A stretch of 28,972 bases of DNA from an uncultured archaeon (GTDB lineage Archaea; EX4484-52; JAADEF01), in assembly GCA_964407715.1 (NCBI GenBank), contig CAYOWP010000012.1, positions 1-28,972 of the forward strand. Direction: 5' to 3'. Shown here one piece after another: positions 19,277 to 28,972 of this stretch (positions are counted from its first letter, which is position 1; every line of letters begins with the position of its first letter). The notes under the pieces are model-generated. The model did no database searches, was not told the DNA's origin, and saw only the letters and a program-made list of their open reading frames with translations. Both the position numbers and the translations under genes were made by a program.

Positions 19277-19735
19277 CTAGTTCTCTTTTTGCTTTTTAAA
19301 TTCTTTTAGAATTCTCTCAAATTCACTTATATCTGCGAATTGTCTATATACAGATGCAAATCTTACATATGCAACAGCATCCAAATCTCTAAGATAATTC
19401 ATCACCAATTTTCCAATATACTCAGAGCTAACTTCCTTTTTTCCTTCCTTTCTTATCTTATCCTCTATCTCTGTTGCTATTTCCTCTATCTTCTCTAAAC
19501 TTATGGGGCGTTTTTCACATGCTTTCATCATGCCTCTGATTATTTTGTCTCTATCAAACTTTTCCCTTCTACCATCTCTTTTCACAACCATAACATTTAT
19601 TTCTAATCTCTCATATGTGGTAAACCTACATCCGCAATTTGGACATTCTCTTCTTCTCCTCACAACATTTCCACTATCTATTATACGAGAATCTATGACC
19701 TTTGTCTCCTCGTTATTACAAAACGGACATTTCAT
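19277..19735 (-). CDS. nrdR: Transcriptional repressor NrdR
   Basis: MKCPFC...KVIDSR...RRRRECPNCGCRFTTYER zinc ribbon, ATP-cone VVKRDGRRE, DAVAYVRFASVYR; start at 19735. Confidence 0.95.
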   Translation of the reverse strand: MKCPFCNNEETKVIDSRIIDSGNVVRRRRECPNCGCRFTTYERLEINVMVVKRDGRREKFDRDKIIRGMMKACEKRPISLEKIEEIATEIEDKIRKEGKKEVSSEYIGKLVMNYLRDLDAVAYVRFASVYRQFADISEFERILKEFKKQKEN

Positions 19736-19792
19736 AAGTTTTAGAATAAAATAGGTAATTTTTAAATATGTTTGGATTTTGATAATTTTGGC

Positions 19793-19905
19793 TGCATTGT
19801 CCACTAATTCTTTATTGTTAAGAGGAAATTTAACGCGCAAATAGCACTTATAGGGGGTAACCCTTTGAGTATGGCTATGCTTCCCTTTAACCAAATTTCT
19901 CAAAA
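19793..19905. mobile_element. Truncated, decayed MITE half copy
   Basis: GCATTGTCCACTAATTCTTTATTGTTAAGAGGAAA...GGCTATGCTTCCCTTTAACCAAATT aligns with the first ~110 bp of copy 1; second TIR absent. Confidence 0.75.
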
Positions 19906-20053
19906 TATATTATCGGATAATACATTATCTTGTTTATATGGTATAAGCTTTTTAAATTTAGCTTTAACTTCAATTTAGATGAGTATGCTCATAAAAGTGC
20001 GTGAAATATACATTATCTCGCATCCTATATCCCACTCTAAAAGGTGATAGAAA

Positions 20054-20332
20054 ATGGAGGAAATAATCAACAAATTAGTATCAATTCTAAAGAAACATGG
20101 AGTTAAAAGGATTGAAATATTTGGCTCTTATGCTAGGGGCGAGGTAAAACACAGAAGTGATTTAGATATCATTGTAGAATTTGAAAAAAGAAAAAGTCTG
20201 CTTGAATTGGTAGGAATAGAACAAGAATTGGAAGATGCATTGGGTATAAAAGTGGATTTACTTACGAGAGCATCTATTAGTCCATATTTGATAGAAAAAA
20301 TTGAGAAAGAATCTAAGGTGGTGTTGGAATGA
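20054..20332 (+). CDS. mntA: Minimal nucleotidyltransferase (MNT) antitoxin
   Basis: FGSYARGE...SDLDI (GSX10DXD), KVDL; ATGA overlap with HEPN gene. Confidence 0.92.
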   Translation: MEEIINKLVSILKKHGVKRIEIFGSYARGEVKHRSDLDIIVEFEKRKSLLELVGIEQELEDALGIKVDLLTRASISPYLIEKIEKESKVVLE

Positions 20333-20676
20333 AGAAAGATGATACAGTATTTCTTAAGCACATATTAGATGCGATTAATCTAATAGAAGAGTATCTAAAA
20401 GATAAAAGTTACGAGGAGTTTAAGGATAATCATATGCTTCAAGATGCTGTTATAAGAGAGATTGAAATAATTGGTGAGGCCGCTAAAAATATTTCAAAGG
20501 ACCTTAGGAATAAATATCCAGATATACCATGGAGACAAATAGCTGGAATGAGGGACAAGCTGATACATGGATATTTTGGGGTTGATTTGGACGCTGTATG
20601 GGATACTGCAATAATAGATATTCCCTCACTAAAAGAAAGGTTGCAGGAAATCCTTAAAAAAGAGGAAAAGAAATGA
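20329..20676 (+). CDS. hepT: HEPN (DUF86) ribonuclease toxin
   Basis: [26 protein letters not shown] (RX4HXY). Confidence 0.92.
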   Translation: MKKDDTVFLKHILDAINLIEEYLKDKSYEEFKDNHMLQDAVIREIEIIGEAAKNISKDLRNKYPDIPWRQIAGMRDKLIHGYFGVDLDAVWDTAIIDIPSLKERLQEILKKEEKK

Positions 20677-20857
20677 AGGTGGTTTTGGAGTCTTGTAATT
20701 ATTTGGATTGCTTGACAATACTATGTTATTCTTAGCTCTCTTTCTTGTCTGGGTATTTAACAGATATTTTATGAAAAATCGCTCAGCTTGTGATTTTTCA
20801 AATCAAAAAAAAAGAATTTCTCATTATTTTAAAATTTACTAAATAAAATATAAGATT

Positions 20858-22960
20858 ATGAATTCTAATGATGACGAGCTCTATTTAGAGATACCGGAAG
20901 ATAATGAGGAAGGTTCTGAAGATAAAAAAGGACTTCATGAAGATGAAATAACAGAAATAATAAGCAAATTTGAAAAGTTTTTTACAACTGTATACAATGA
21001 AAAAGCCATCTCAACCTTTAATGAAAATAGAAGCGTATTGGTTGATTTTGAAGTACTTGATGCCTTTGATCCAGATTTAGCATCAAAACTAATAGAGTAT
21101 CCTGAGGATATGATACCATTAGCAGAAGAGGCTATTTCAAATCATCCTATTATTGGAGAGCATCTTCCAAAGGTGAGATTTTATAATCTTCCATCTTCAT
21201 CAGGAATAGAGATAAGGAATCTTAGGAGCGAGCATATAGGAAAATTCATCTATATAGAGGGCATAATAAGGCAAGCATCTGAAGTAAGACCAGAATTGGT
21301 TGCTGTTGTGTATAGATGCGGTGCTGAAGGTTGTGGAAATAGAATCGTTGTGCCGCAAGTAGGTACTGGAGAGCTACTTGAGAAGCCGCGATATTGTCCT
21401 GCTTGCCAAAACAAAAAGTATTTTGAAATAGTGGAAAAGAGGATGAGAGATGTTCAGAGATTGGAAATAGAGGAGCTACCTGAGAGATTGGGAGATAATC
21501 CACAACCACGAAAAATAGGTGTTCTTATAAGGGATGATTTAGTTGATCCAAAATTCCAAAAGAAAATTGTTCCTGGTAGAAAGGTAAGGGTGTATGGAAT
21601 ACTCAAAGACATGCCTTTGCCAAGAGTTAGAGGAGAAACAAAAAGGAGAGAGCTTTATATTGAAGGAAACTATATTGAGAGCATAGAAAAGGAAATAGAG
21701 GAGGTTGAACTTAGTGAAGAGGATATAAAGAAGATAAAGGAATTGGCTAAGGATCCAGATATATATGATAAACTCGTAAAGAGTATTGCCCCAAGTATAT
21801 ATGGATATGAAACCATAAAGTTGGCAATAGCATTGCAGTTGTTTGGTGGAGTAAGAAAGGAAAGAAAAGATGGTGTCGTGACAAGAGGAGATATTCATAT
21901 TTTGCTTGTAGGAGATCCAGGAGCAGGTAAATCACAGATACTTAAATATGTAGCAAACTTGGCTCCAAGAGCAAGATATGTTGTAGGTAAATCAGCATCT
22001 GGTGCAGGATTAACAGCAACAGTTGTAAGAGATGAGTTCATAAGGGGGTGGGCTTTAGAGGCAGGTGCATTAGTATTAGCTAATAAAGGTATTGCATGTA
22101 TTGATGAACTTGATAAGATGGGCAAAGAGGATAGAAGTGCTATGCATGAGGTTATGGAACAACAAACAGTTACTATAAGTAAAGCAAATATCCAAGCTAC
22201 TCTTCAGGCTCAAACAACCATTCTTGCAGCTGCAAATCCTAAATATGGGAGATTTGATATATATGGAAGTTCATTAGCAGAGCAAATTGATTTGCCAGAG
22301 ACCTTATTGAGTAGGTTTGATTTGATATTCCCTGTAATGGATAGACCAGATAAGGATAAGGATACAAAGTTGGTTAGACATATTTTAAAGATGCATGAAG
22401 AACCAGAGGAGATGGAACCTGCAATTGATGTGGATTTATTGAGAAAGTATATCTCTTATGCACGTAGAAACATTAAGCCAAGATTAACAAAATCTGCAGA
22501 GAAAATGATAGAAGAATTTTATGTGGGATTAAGGTCAAAAAGCCAGGGAGGAGAAAACAAAGCAGTTCCTATCACAACTCGTCAATTGGAAGCAATAATA
22601 AGGTTATCAGAGGCATCAGCAAAAGTAAGATTGAGTAATAAAGTGACTAAAAAGGATGTTGAAAGGGCTATAAATCTATTGAAGGAATTTATGATGAATT
22701 TAGGTGTGGATCCTGAAACAGGAAGTTTTGATATAGATAGAATAGAAACTGGTATCACTACATCTCAAAGAAACAAAATGATACTTTTGTTAAGATTAAT
22801 TGAGGATTTAAGTAAGGAATATCCTGAAGGCATACCAGCAAGGGATCTCATAGATGTGGCTAAGTCACATGGTATTGATGATGTAGAAGTTCTTTTACAA
22901 AAATTACATCAAAGAGGAGACATATATGAGCCTATACAAGGATTTATTAAGAAAACCTAA
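20858..22960 (+). CDS. mcm: Replicative helicase MCM
   Basis: Cys4 zinc motif, IAPSIYG, GDPGAGKSQ, IDELDKM, AAANP, SRFD arginine finger, TTRQLEA; no intein. Confidence 0.98.
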   Translation: MNSNDDELYLEIPEDNEEGSEDKKGLHEDEITEIISKFEKFFTTVYNEKAISTFNENRSVLVDFEVLDAFDPDLASKLIEYPEDMIPLAEEAISNHPIIGEHLPKVRFYNLPSSSGIEIRNLRSEHIGKFIYIEGIIRQASEVRPELVAVVYRCGAEGCGNRIVVPQVGTGELLEKPRYCPACQNKKYFEIVEKRMRDVQRLEIEELPERLGDNPQPRKIGVLIRDDLVDPKFQKKIVPGRKVRVYGILKDMPLPRVRGETKRRELYIEGNYIESIEKEIEEVELSEEDIKKIKELAKDPDIYDKLVKSIAPSIYGYETIKLAIALQLFGGVRKERKDGVVTRGDIHILLVGDPGAGKSQILKYVANLAPRARYVVGKSASGAGLTATVVRDEFIRGWALEAGALVLANKGIACIDELDKMGKEDRSAMHEVMEQQTVTISKANIQATLQAQTTILAAANPKYGRFDIYGSSLAEQIDLPETLLSRFDLIFPVMDRPDKDKDTKLVRHILKMHEEPEEMEPAIDVDLLRKYISYARRNIKPRLTKSAEKMIEEFYVGLRSKSQGGENKAVPITTRQLEAIIRLSEASAKVRLSNKVTKKDVERAINLLKEFMMNLGVDPETGSFDIDRIETGITTSQRNKMILLLRLIEDLSKEYPEGIPARDLIDVAKSHGIDDVEVLLQKLHQRGDIYEPIQGFIKKT

Positions 22961-22963
22961 GGT

Positions 22964-24031
22964 ATGATTCTTATGAGGGTGCTTCTTATAACTCCTAATG
23001 TAGATGTGGAACATGCGATTTTGGGTTTTCTTCATTATTGGGCAGATGAGCTTGCGAAGCATGTTGATTCTTTAGATATTCTCACGTTTAGAGCTGGTAA
23101 GTTCTCTTTTAATAATAAAAATATCCAGGTTTTTGATCTCTCTTCTCCCTCAAGAATTATGAAGTTTCTGAAGTTAAATTATTATCTTTTCAAGTTAGTT
23201 CCTAAGAATGATGTGGTTTATATCCAGATGTATCCTTTTTTGGCATTAATCTCATATCCCTATGTAAAGATTTTTGGAAAGAAAATGGTGATGTGGTACA
23301 CTCATAGATGTGTCACTTCTACATTGCTTCTTGTGAATAAATTGGTTGATAAGGTTATGACTGCCGCAAACAATACATATAGAATAAATACTCATAAAAA
23401 AGAAATACTTGGTCATGGTATTGTTTTTAGTGGTTATCCAAACTTAAAAAGAATTGTGAAAAAAAGAGGAAAAAAATTTATCATTTTAAGTGTGGGAAGA
23501 ATAAGTCCAATAAAAAAGTTTGAAGTCTTATTGGATGCAATAAATATACTTGTGAATAAAAAAAATTATAAGAATATTGAATGCTTGATCCTTGGACCTG
23601 TATATGATGATAAATATTATAAAAAACTTTTGGAAATCGTAGAAATGAGGAACTTGAATTCGTATGTAAAATTTCTTGGTCCTGTGCCTCATAAAAAGAT
23701 AAAAGAAATATATATGAAAGCTGATTTATTTGTGAGCACTTCACAATCAGGTCTAGACAAAGCACCTTTGGAAAGCATGGCCTTAGGAATATATACATTG
23801 ATATGTGGTAGTGAATACTTAGAATACTTTGATAAAGAATTAAAGGAAAAGTGTTATTATGATGTAAATAATATAAATGAGTTAGTGGAAAAAATTGAAT
23901 ATTTTATTAAGAATAAAGATAAAGAGGAAAAATTAAGATTGAAAATGATGCATCATGTGTTAAAGCATCATAGCATAGAATCGCATGCTAAAAAGGTTAA
24001 GAGAGTTTTGGAGGAGGTTGTGGAAGGATGA
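22964..24031 (+). CDS. Glycosyltransferase family 4
   Basis: SVGRISPIKK, ADLFVSTS, LDKAPLESMALG GT-B motifs. Confidence 0.85.
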   Translation: MILMRVLLITPNVDVEHAILGFLHYWADELAKHVDSLDILTFRAGKFSFNNKNIQVFDLSSPSRIMKFLKLNYYLFKLVPKNDVVYIQMYPFLALISYPYVKIFGKKMVMWYTHRCVTSTLLLVNKLVDKVMTAANNTYRINTHKKEILGHGIVFSGYPNLKRIVKKRGKKFIILSVGRISPIKKFEVLLDAINILVNKKNYKNIECLILGPVYDDKYYKKLLEIVEMRNLNSYVKFLGPVPHKKIKEIYMKADLFVSTSQSGLDKAPLESMALGIYTLICGSEYLEYFDKELKEKCYYDVNNINELVEKIEYFIKNKDKEEKLRLKMMHHVLKHHSIESHAKKVKRVLEEVVEG

Positions 24032-25104
24032 AGATATGCTGGTATGGAGGTTATAAAGAAAATTATTCTAGAAATATAATATTAAAAAAGGCATTACTTC
24101 GTGAAGGATATGAAATAAAGGAATTTAAAGCTCCTTTATCAGAGACTACAATAGAATTAACAAAAAAATTAAATCAACTCTTAAAAGAAAAAGATTGTGA
24201 TATTATCTTCATAGGCTTTCCCGCATATAGATCTGTGATATTTGGAAAAATTGCTTCAAAAATAAAGAACATACCTCTATTATATGATGCTTTTATATCA
24301 AAATATAATACATATGTAGAGGATAAAAAAATAATAAGAACAGAATATAAGAAAAAACTGCAATACTATAAAGATCTTCTTATATATTCCTTGCCAAACT
24401 ACATAACCTTAGATACATATCAGCATATCAAATATTTCATTTTGCGTTATAATTTGAATCCTGAAAAATTTGAAAGGATATTGCTGGGTACGGATACTGA
24501 TATTTTCTATCCACGAGAAAATACAAAAAAGAATAATAAAAAAACCATAATAAAATTTCATGGTATTGCTAATCCATTACAAGGGATCCCAAATATTGTT
24601 AAAGCAGCACATATTCTAAAATCAGAAGGAATTACAGATGTAGAGTTTCATTTATTAGGGAAAGGAGAAATATACTTACAAATTATGGATTATATCAAAA
24701 AATTTAAATTACATGATATTGTGCATATTCATTATACAAAAATACCATATCAACAACTTCCAGAATATATGAAAGATGCTGATATTTATTTAGGTATATT
24801 TGGAAATACATTAAAAGCAAATATGGTAGTACCTAACAAAGTATATGAGGCATTAGGAATGGGTTTGCCTTTAATAACTCAACAATCTCCGGCTATAAAA
24901 GAAGTAGGGATAAAACATAAAACTCATGCATATTTAGTTGAAGGTGCTAATCCAAGAGCATTGGCAGATGCAATATTAGAATTAAAGGGACATCCTTCTC
25001 TTCGTGAAAAACTTGGTAAAAATGCGTATAAGATAACCAAAAAGAAATTTAGTATTGAAAGTATAGGAAAAGAAATCTCATCGTTCTTAAATAAAATCAT
25101 TTAA
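24028..25104 (+). CDS. Glycosyltransferase family 4
   Basis: ADIYLGIFG, VPNKVYEALGMGLPLIT, ALADAI. Confidence 0.85.
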   Translation: MKICWYGGYKENYSRNIILKKALLREGYEIKEFKAPLSETTIELTKKLNQLLKEKDCDIIFIGFPAYRSVIFGKIASKIKNIPLLYDAFISKYNTYVEDKKIIRTEYKKKLQYYKDLLIYSLPNYITLDTYQHIKYFILRYNLNPEKFERILLGTDTDIFYPRENTKKNNKKTIIKFHGIANPLQGIPNIVKAAHILKSEGITDVEFHLLGKGEIYLQIMDYIKKFKLHDIVHIHYTKIPYQQLPEYMKDADIYLGIFGNTLKANMVVPNKVYEALGMGLPLITQQSPAIKEVGIKHKTHAYLVEGANPRALADAILELKGHPSLREKLGKNAYKITKKKFSIESIGKEISSFLNKII

Positions 25105-25131
25105 AAATTTTAAATGTTATAAAAAGAGATT

Positions 25132-26190
25132 ATGAAAGCTCTAATTTTGAGTGGAGGAAAAGGAACAAGGTTAAAACCATTAACATTCACAAAAGCAAAA
25201 CAATTAGTGCCTCTAATGAATAAACCAGTATTGGGATATGTATTGGATCAGGTATCGAGGATAACAAAAGAAGTGGGAATAGTTGTTTCTCCTGAAAAGA
25301 AAGAAGATATCACAGCGTACGTAAAAGATGGAGGAGAGTGGGGAGTAAAGGTAAAATATATTATCCAAGATAAGCCATTAGGTTTAGCACATGCTGTTAA
25401 AGTTGCAAAAGATTTTTTAGGAAATGACGATTTTATCATGTACTTAGGAGATAATCTTATTGAACAAGATATCTCGCAATATATCAAAAAATTCTATAAA
25501 GAAAATCTCAATGCATTAATCTTTTTAAAGGAAGTTGAGAATCCATCCCAATTCGGTGTTGCAGTGCTTGATAAGAATGGAAATGTTGTGAGTCTTGTTG
25601 AGAAACCAAAGGAGCCTCCATCAAATCTTGCATTGGTGGGAGTGTATGTTTTTGATAAAAGTATTCATAAGGCAATAAACAAAATACGTCCTTCAAAAAG
25701 GGGAGAATTGGAAATTACAGATGCTATATCCTATCTAATAAAAAATGGATATAAAGTGGGATCTATGATATTAGATGGTACATGGATAGATACTGGTAAA
25801 AAAGATGATGTTCTTGCTGCTAATGCTTTTATATTGGATAAATATGCTAAAAGAAAAATAGAGGGTACTGTAGAAAATTCAATAATAGATGGAAGAGTTA
25901 TCATAGAGAAAGGGGCTAAAATAAAAAATAGCAAGATAAGAGGTCCTGCGATTATTGGAAAAAATAGCCATGTAGAGGATTCCTTTATAGGACCGTATAC
26001 AAGTATAGGGGAAAACTGTACGATTGAGAGATCAAAAATAATGTATTCAATTATATTGAATGATGTTAAAATAAAAGATATAAAAGGGATAGAAGAGAGC
26101 TTAATAGGTGAGAAAAGTATAATTGAAAAGAAAGATGCCTTCAAAAGCATCTCACTACATATCGGAGATCATAGCCATATTAGAATATAG
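25132..26190 (+). CDS. rmlA: Glucose-1-phosphate thymidylyltransferase, long form
   Basis: LSGGKGTRLKPLT, KQLVP, PLGLAHAV, YLGDN, RGELEITDAI, C-terminal hexapeptide-like repeats; heads the rml cluster. Confidence 0.92.
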   Translation: MKALILSGGKGTRLKPLTFTKAKQLVPLMNKPVLGYVLDQVSRITKEVGIVVSPEKKEDITAYVKDGGEWGVKVKYIIQDKPLGLAHAVKVAKDFLGNDDFIMYLGDNLIEQDISQYIKKFYKENLNALIFLKEVENPSQFGVAVLDKNGNVVSLVEKPKEPPSNLALVGVYVFDKSIHKAINKIRPSKRGELEITDAISYLIKNGYKVGSMILDGTWIDTGKKDDVLAANAFILDKYAKRKIEGTVENSIIDGRVIIEKGAKIKNSKIRGPAIIGKNSHVEDSFIGPYTSIGENCTIERSKIMYSIILNDVKIKDIKGIEESLIGEKSIIEKKDAFKSISLHIGDHSHIRI

Positions 26191-26198
26191 GTGTAAAA

Positions 26199-27215
26199 AT
26201 GAAAGTGTTGGTAACTGGTGGATTGGGATTCATGGGGAGCAATTTTATAAGATATTTATTAGAAGAGTCAAAAATGAAGGAAACATATAATATAATAAAT
26301 ATAGATAAAATAGGATATGGTGCATCAAAGGAAAATCTCAAGGATTTAGAGAACAAAGAGAATTATCTCTTCATCAAAAAAGATATCTCAGCAAACTTTA
26401 AAGATATAGAAAAAAGCATTATGGATGTAGATATTATTATAAATTTTGCTGCAGAGACTCATGTTGATAGGAGTATATCCTCTCCTGTATCTTTTATAAA
26501 AAATAACATAAATAGCGTGTTGAATATTCTGGAATTTATGAGACATAGTAAAAAAGAAATAAAATTAATTCATATAAGTACGGATGAGGTGTATGGAGAG
26601 GCTATAGATGGATCATTTACAGAAAATGATAGACTTAAACCTTCCTCTCCTTATGCATCAAGTAAGGCAGCAGGAGAGATGTTAATAATGGGATATACAA
26701 GAACCTATGGTTTAAATACAGTAATTGTAAGATCTTCAAATAATTATGGACCTTTTCAATTTCCAGAAAAGTTAATTCCTAAAACTATAATTTTAGCAAT
26801 AAATAACAGGGAGATTCCAGTATATGGTACAGGCAAGAACGTAAGGGATTACATCTATGTGAAAGATTTTTGCAAGGCAATAGAGTTATTAATTCATAGT
26901 AATACTAAAAAAGGAGAAATCTTTAATGTTTCTTCAGGTGAGGAGCTCCAAGTAATAGAAATTGTGAAAAAGATATTAGATCTCCTGAAAAAACCATACG
27001 ATTTAATAAAATTTGTTGAAGATCGTCCTGGCCATGACCTTAGATATAGTATAGATTCTTCAAAAATAAGAAAAAAATTTGGATGGTCACCAAGATATAA
27101 TTTCAATAAGGGAATCAAAGATACAGTAAATTGGTATATTAAAAATGAAAAATGGTGGAAGAATAAAATAAATGAAAAAATATTATCAAGTACTCCTTGG
27201 AAATTAAAATGGTGA
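26199..27215 (+). CDS. rmlB: dTDP-glucose 4,6-dehydratase
   Basis: TGGLGFMGS, AAETHVDRS, STDEVYG, YASSK, DRPGHDLRY. Confidence 0.95.
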   Translation: MKVLVTGGLGFMGSNFIRYLLEESKMKETYNIINIDKIGYGASKENLKDLENKENYLFIKKDISANFKDIEKSIMDVDIIINFAAETHVDRSISSPVSFIKNNINSVLNILEFMRHSKKEIKLIHISTDEVYGEAIDGSFTENDRLKPSSPYASSKAAGEMLIMGYTRTYGLNTVIVRSSNNYGPFQFPEKLIPKTIILAINNREIPVYGTGKNVRDYIYVKDFCKAIELLIHSNTKKGEIFNVSSGEELQVIEIVKKILDLLKKPYDLIKFVEDRPGHDLRYSIDSSKIRKKFGWSPRYNFNKGIKDTVNWYIKNEKWWKNKINEKILSSTPWKLKW

Positions 27216-27219
27216 TAAA

Positions 27220-27780
27220 ATGAACTTTATTGTTAAAAAAACACCATTAAAGGATGCTTTAATAATAATCCCAAAAATCTATAAAGATAAAAGAGGTTTC
27301 TTTATGGAAACATATAATGAAGCAGTTTTTAGAAAAATCCTAGGAATAAAAGCCAAATTTATTCAAGATAATCATTCAAAATCAAAATACGGAGTTTTGA
27401 GAGGGCTTCACTTTCAAAAACCCCCATATGAACAAGCAAAATTGGTAAGATGTATAAAAGGTAAAATATTAGATGTCATTGTGGATATAAGAAAAAATTC
27501 TCCTACATATGGAAAATATTATTCAGTTGTGTTATCTTCCAAAAATAAGAAGATGCTTTATATCCCAAGAGGCTTTGCACATGGATTTTTGGTTTTAAGC
27601 AAAGAGGCAGAAGTAATATATAAAGTTGACAATAAATATGCTCCACAATATGAAAGTGGAATAATATGGAATGATCCTTATCTAAATATACCTTGGCCCA
27701 TCCGAGAACCAATTCTATCTGAAAAGGATAAAAAATGGAAAACAATAAAAGATTTGGAGAAAAGAGGTGATAAAAATTAA
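27220..27780 (+). CDS. rmlC: dTDP-4-dehydrorhamnose 3,5-epimerase
   Basis: DKRGFFME, QDNHSKS, LRGLHFQ, GFAHGF, WNDP. Confidence 0.96.
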   Translation: MNFIVKKTPLKDALIIIPKIYKDKRGFFMETYNEAVFRKILGIKAKFIQDNHSKSKYGVLRGLHFQKPPYEQAKLVRCIKGKILDVIVDIRKNSPTYGKYYSVVLSSKNKKMLYIPRGFAHGFLVLSKEAEVIYKVDNKYAPQYESGIIWNDPYLNIPWPIREPILSEKDKKWKTIKDLEKRGDKN

Positions 27781-28663
27781 AATTGCAGTAACTGGGGCTA
27801 ATGGACAATTAGGTAGCGATATTGTTAGAGTGTTTAAAGAAAAACATACTGTTATACCATTAACAAGAAAGGAGATAGATATTACTGTAGAGGAGGAAGT
27901 TAACAAACTTATAGAATATACTCCTGATGTAATAATACATACTGCAGCATATACTGATGTTGATGGATGTGAAAGGAATCCAAATAAGGCATTTAAAGTA
28001 AATACTATAGGAACATACAATTTAATCAGAGCTTCTTTACAATTTAATCCTATTTTTGTGTATATCAGCACAGACTATGTATTTGATGGAAATAAAAAGA
28101 GAAAGTATTCTGAAGTAGATATTCCAAATCCAATAAATATATATGGACTTTCAAAATATAATGGTGAAATTTTAGTAAGAAATCATTTAAAAAAATACTA
28201 TATTATAAGAGTCTCGTATCTTTTTGGTATAAAAGGAGCAACAAATAAAGAAGTAAGTAATTTTGTAGATTATGTAATTGAAAACCTCAAACACAATAAA
28301 AAAATGAAAATGGTAAGTGATAATTTAATATCTCCAACATATACAAAAGATGTAGCAAAAGCATTACTACAAATGTTAGAAAAAAAACTTCCTTTTGGAA
28401 TATATCATATAACTAACAATAAAAATGCTATGTCAACATATAAATTTGCTCAAGAAATCACGAAAGTGTATGATCCTTCTAAAACATATCTAATAACTCC
28501 TATAAAATATGTAGAGTATAAACCATTTGCAAAGAGACCAAAATATTCAGCATTATCTATAAGCAAAATAAAAAAATATGATATAGAAATTAGAACTTTA
28601 TTTGATGCTTTAAAAGAATATATCTTAGAGAAACATAAAAATAAACCCTACTCTACCCAATGA
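27767..28663 (+). CDS. rmlD: dTDP-4-dehydrorhamnose reductase
   Basis: TGANGQLG, AAYTDVDGCE, ISTDYVFDG, YGLSKYNGE, AKRP. Confidence 0.95.
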   Translation: MIKIKIAVTGANGQLGSDIVRVFKEKHTVIPLTRKEIDITVEEEVNKLIEYTPDVIIHTAAYTDVDGCERNPNKAFKVNTIGTYNLIRASLQFNPIFVYISTDYVFDGNKKRKYSEVDIPNPINIYGLSKYNGEILVRNHLKKYYIIRVSYLFGIKGATNKEVSNFVDYVIENLKHNKKMKMVSDNLISPTYTKDVAKALLQMLEKKLPFGIYHITNNKNAMSTYKFAQEITKVYDPSKTYLITPIKYVEYKPFAKRPKYSALSISKIKKYDIEIRTLFDALKEYILEKHKNKPYSTQ

Positions 28664-28972
28664 CTTAAATCTCTTTTTATGAGTTTTTCTGTTTTTCTTA
28701 TATCATTCTCAAAGTATATGGTATTAATCCTTTTTAAAATGTTATCTTGGGATATCAATTTATGTTTATATGAAAATAGTTTCCAAATTGTTGGATTTAT
28801 AACTCTTCTATATAACAATGTTCTTTTGAATGATTGAGGTATCAAAATATTTAATTTCTTTCTTCTCAAAATATTAAATGTTCTGCCCGGAACCCCAACG
28901 CTTTTAAAGTATTTTCTATTTATATTCGGAGGAATAAACTCATCATCAACATTCAAAAATCTAAAAATGTCT
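28648..28972 (-). CDS. 3' end of a gene entering from the right edge, possibly sulfotransferase family
   Basis: Frame open to the edge; IFRFLNVDDEF-P and YFENDIRKTEKLIKRDLSHW resemble sulfotransferase C-termini; next to glycan genes. Confidence 0.5.
   Translation of the reverse strand, partial: DIFRFLNVDDEFIPPNINRKYFKSVGVPGRTFNILRRKKLNILIPQSFKRTLLYRRVINPTIWKLFSYKHKLISQDNILKRINTIYFENDIRKTEKLIKRDLSHWVE

Noticed and set aside
19736-19903. 56-aa N-terminal extension of NrdR in the ORF track
   Set aside because: It reads through the MITE remnant; the family start MKCPFC is at 19735.
1219-28071. Numerous short antisense ORFs overlapping assigned genes
   Set aside because: They lie opposite well-supported genes and have shadow-like composition with no motifs.

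Overview
AT-rich archaeal chromosomal segment; protein composition and gene style suggest a compact, probably thermophilic DPANN-like lineage (inference, not assigned). Coding content is mostly housekeeping: sugar-phosphate nucleotidyltransferase, SlyD-type FKBP, aEF-2, rpS17e, a five-gene type IV pilus operon, gatD, tmk, Nudix, NnrD, RadB, a short HAN/RecJ-like DHH nuclease, oapA/oapB, UPF0147, NrdR, an MNT-HEPN toxin-antitoxin pair, MCM, two GT4 enzymes and an rmlABCD cluster. The striking feature is non-coding: every intergenic gap over about 250 bp holds a member of one modular palindromic repeat family (about 2.2 kb, 7-8% of the window). It appears as three tandem arrays of ~127-bp double-hairpin units and as a ~250-bp MITE-like element (two full inverted copies with TIRs and ~9-bp target duplications, plus a half copy) built from the same modules. 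No transposase is encoded in the window. A candidate box C/D RNA lies between EF-2 and rpS17e.
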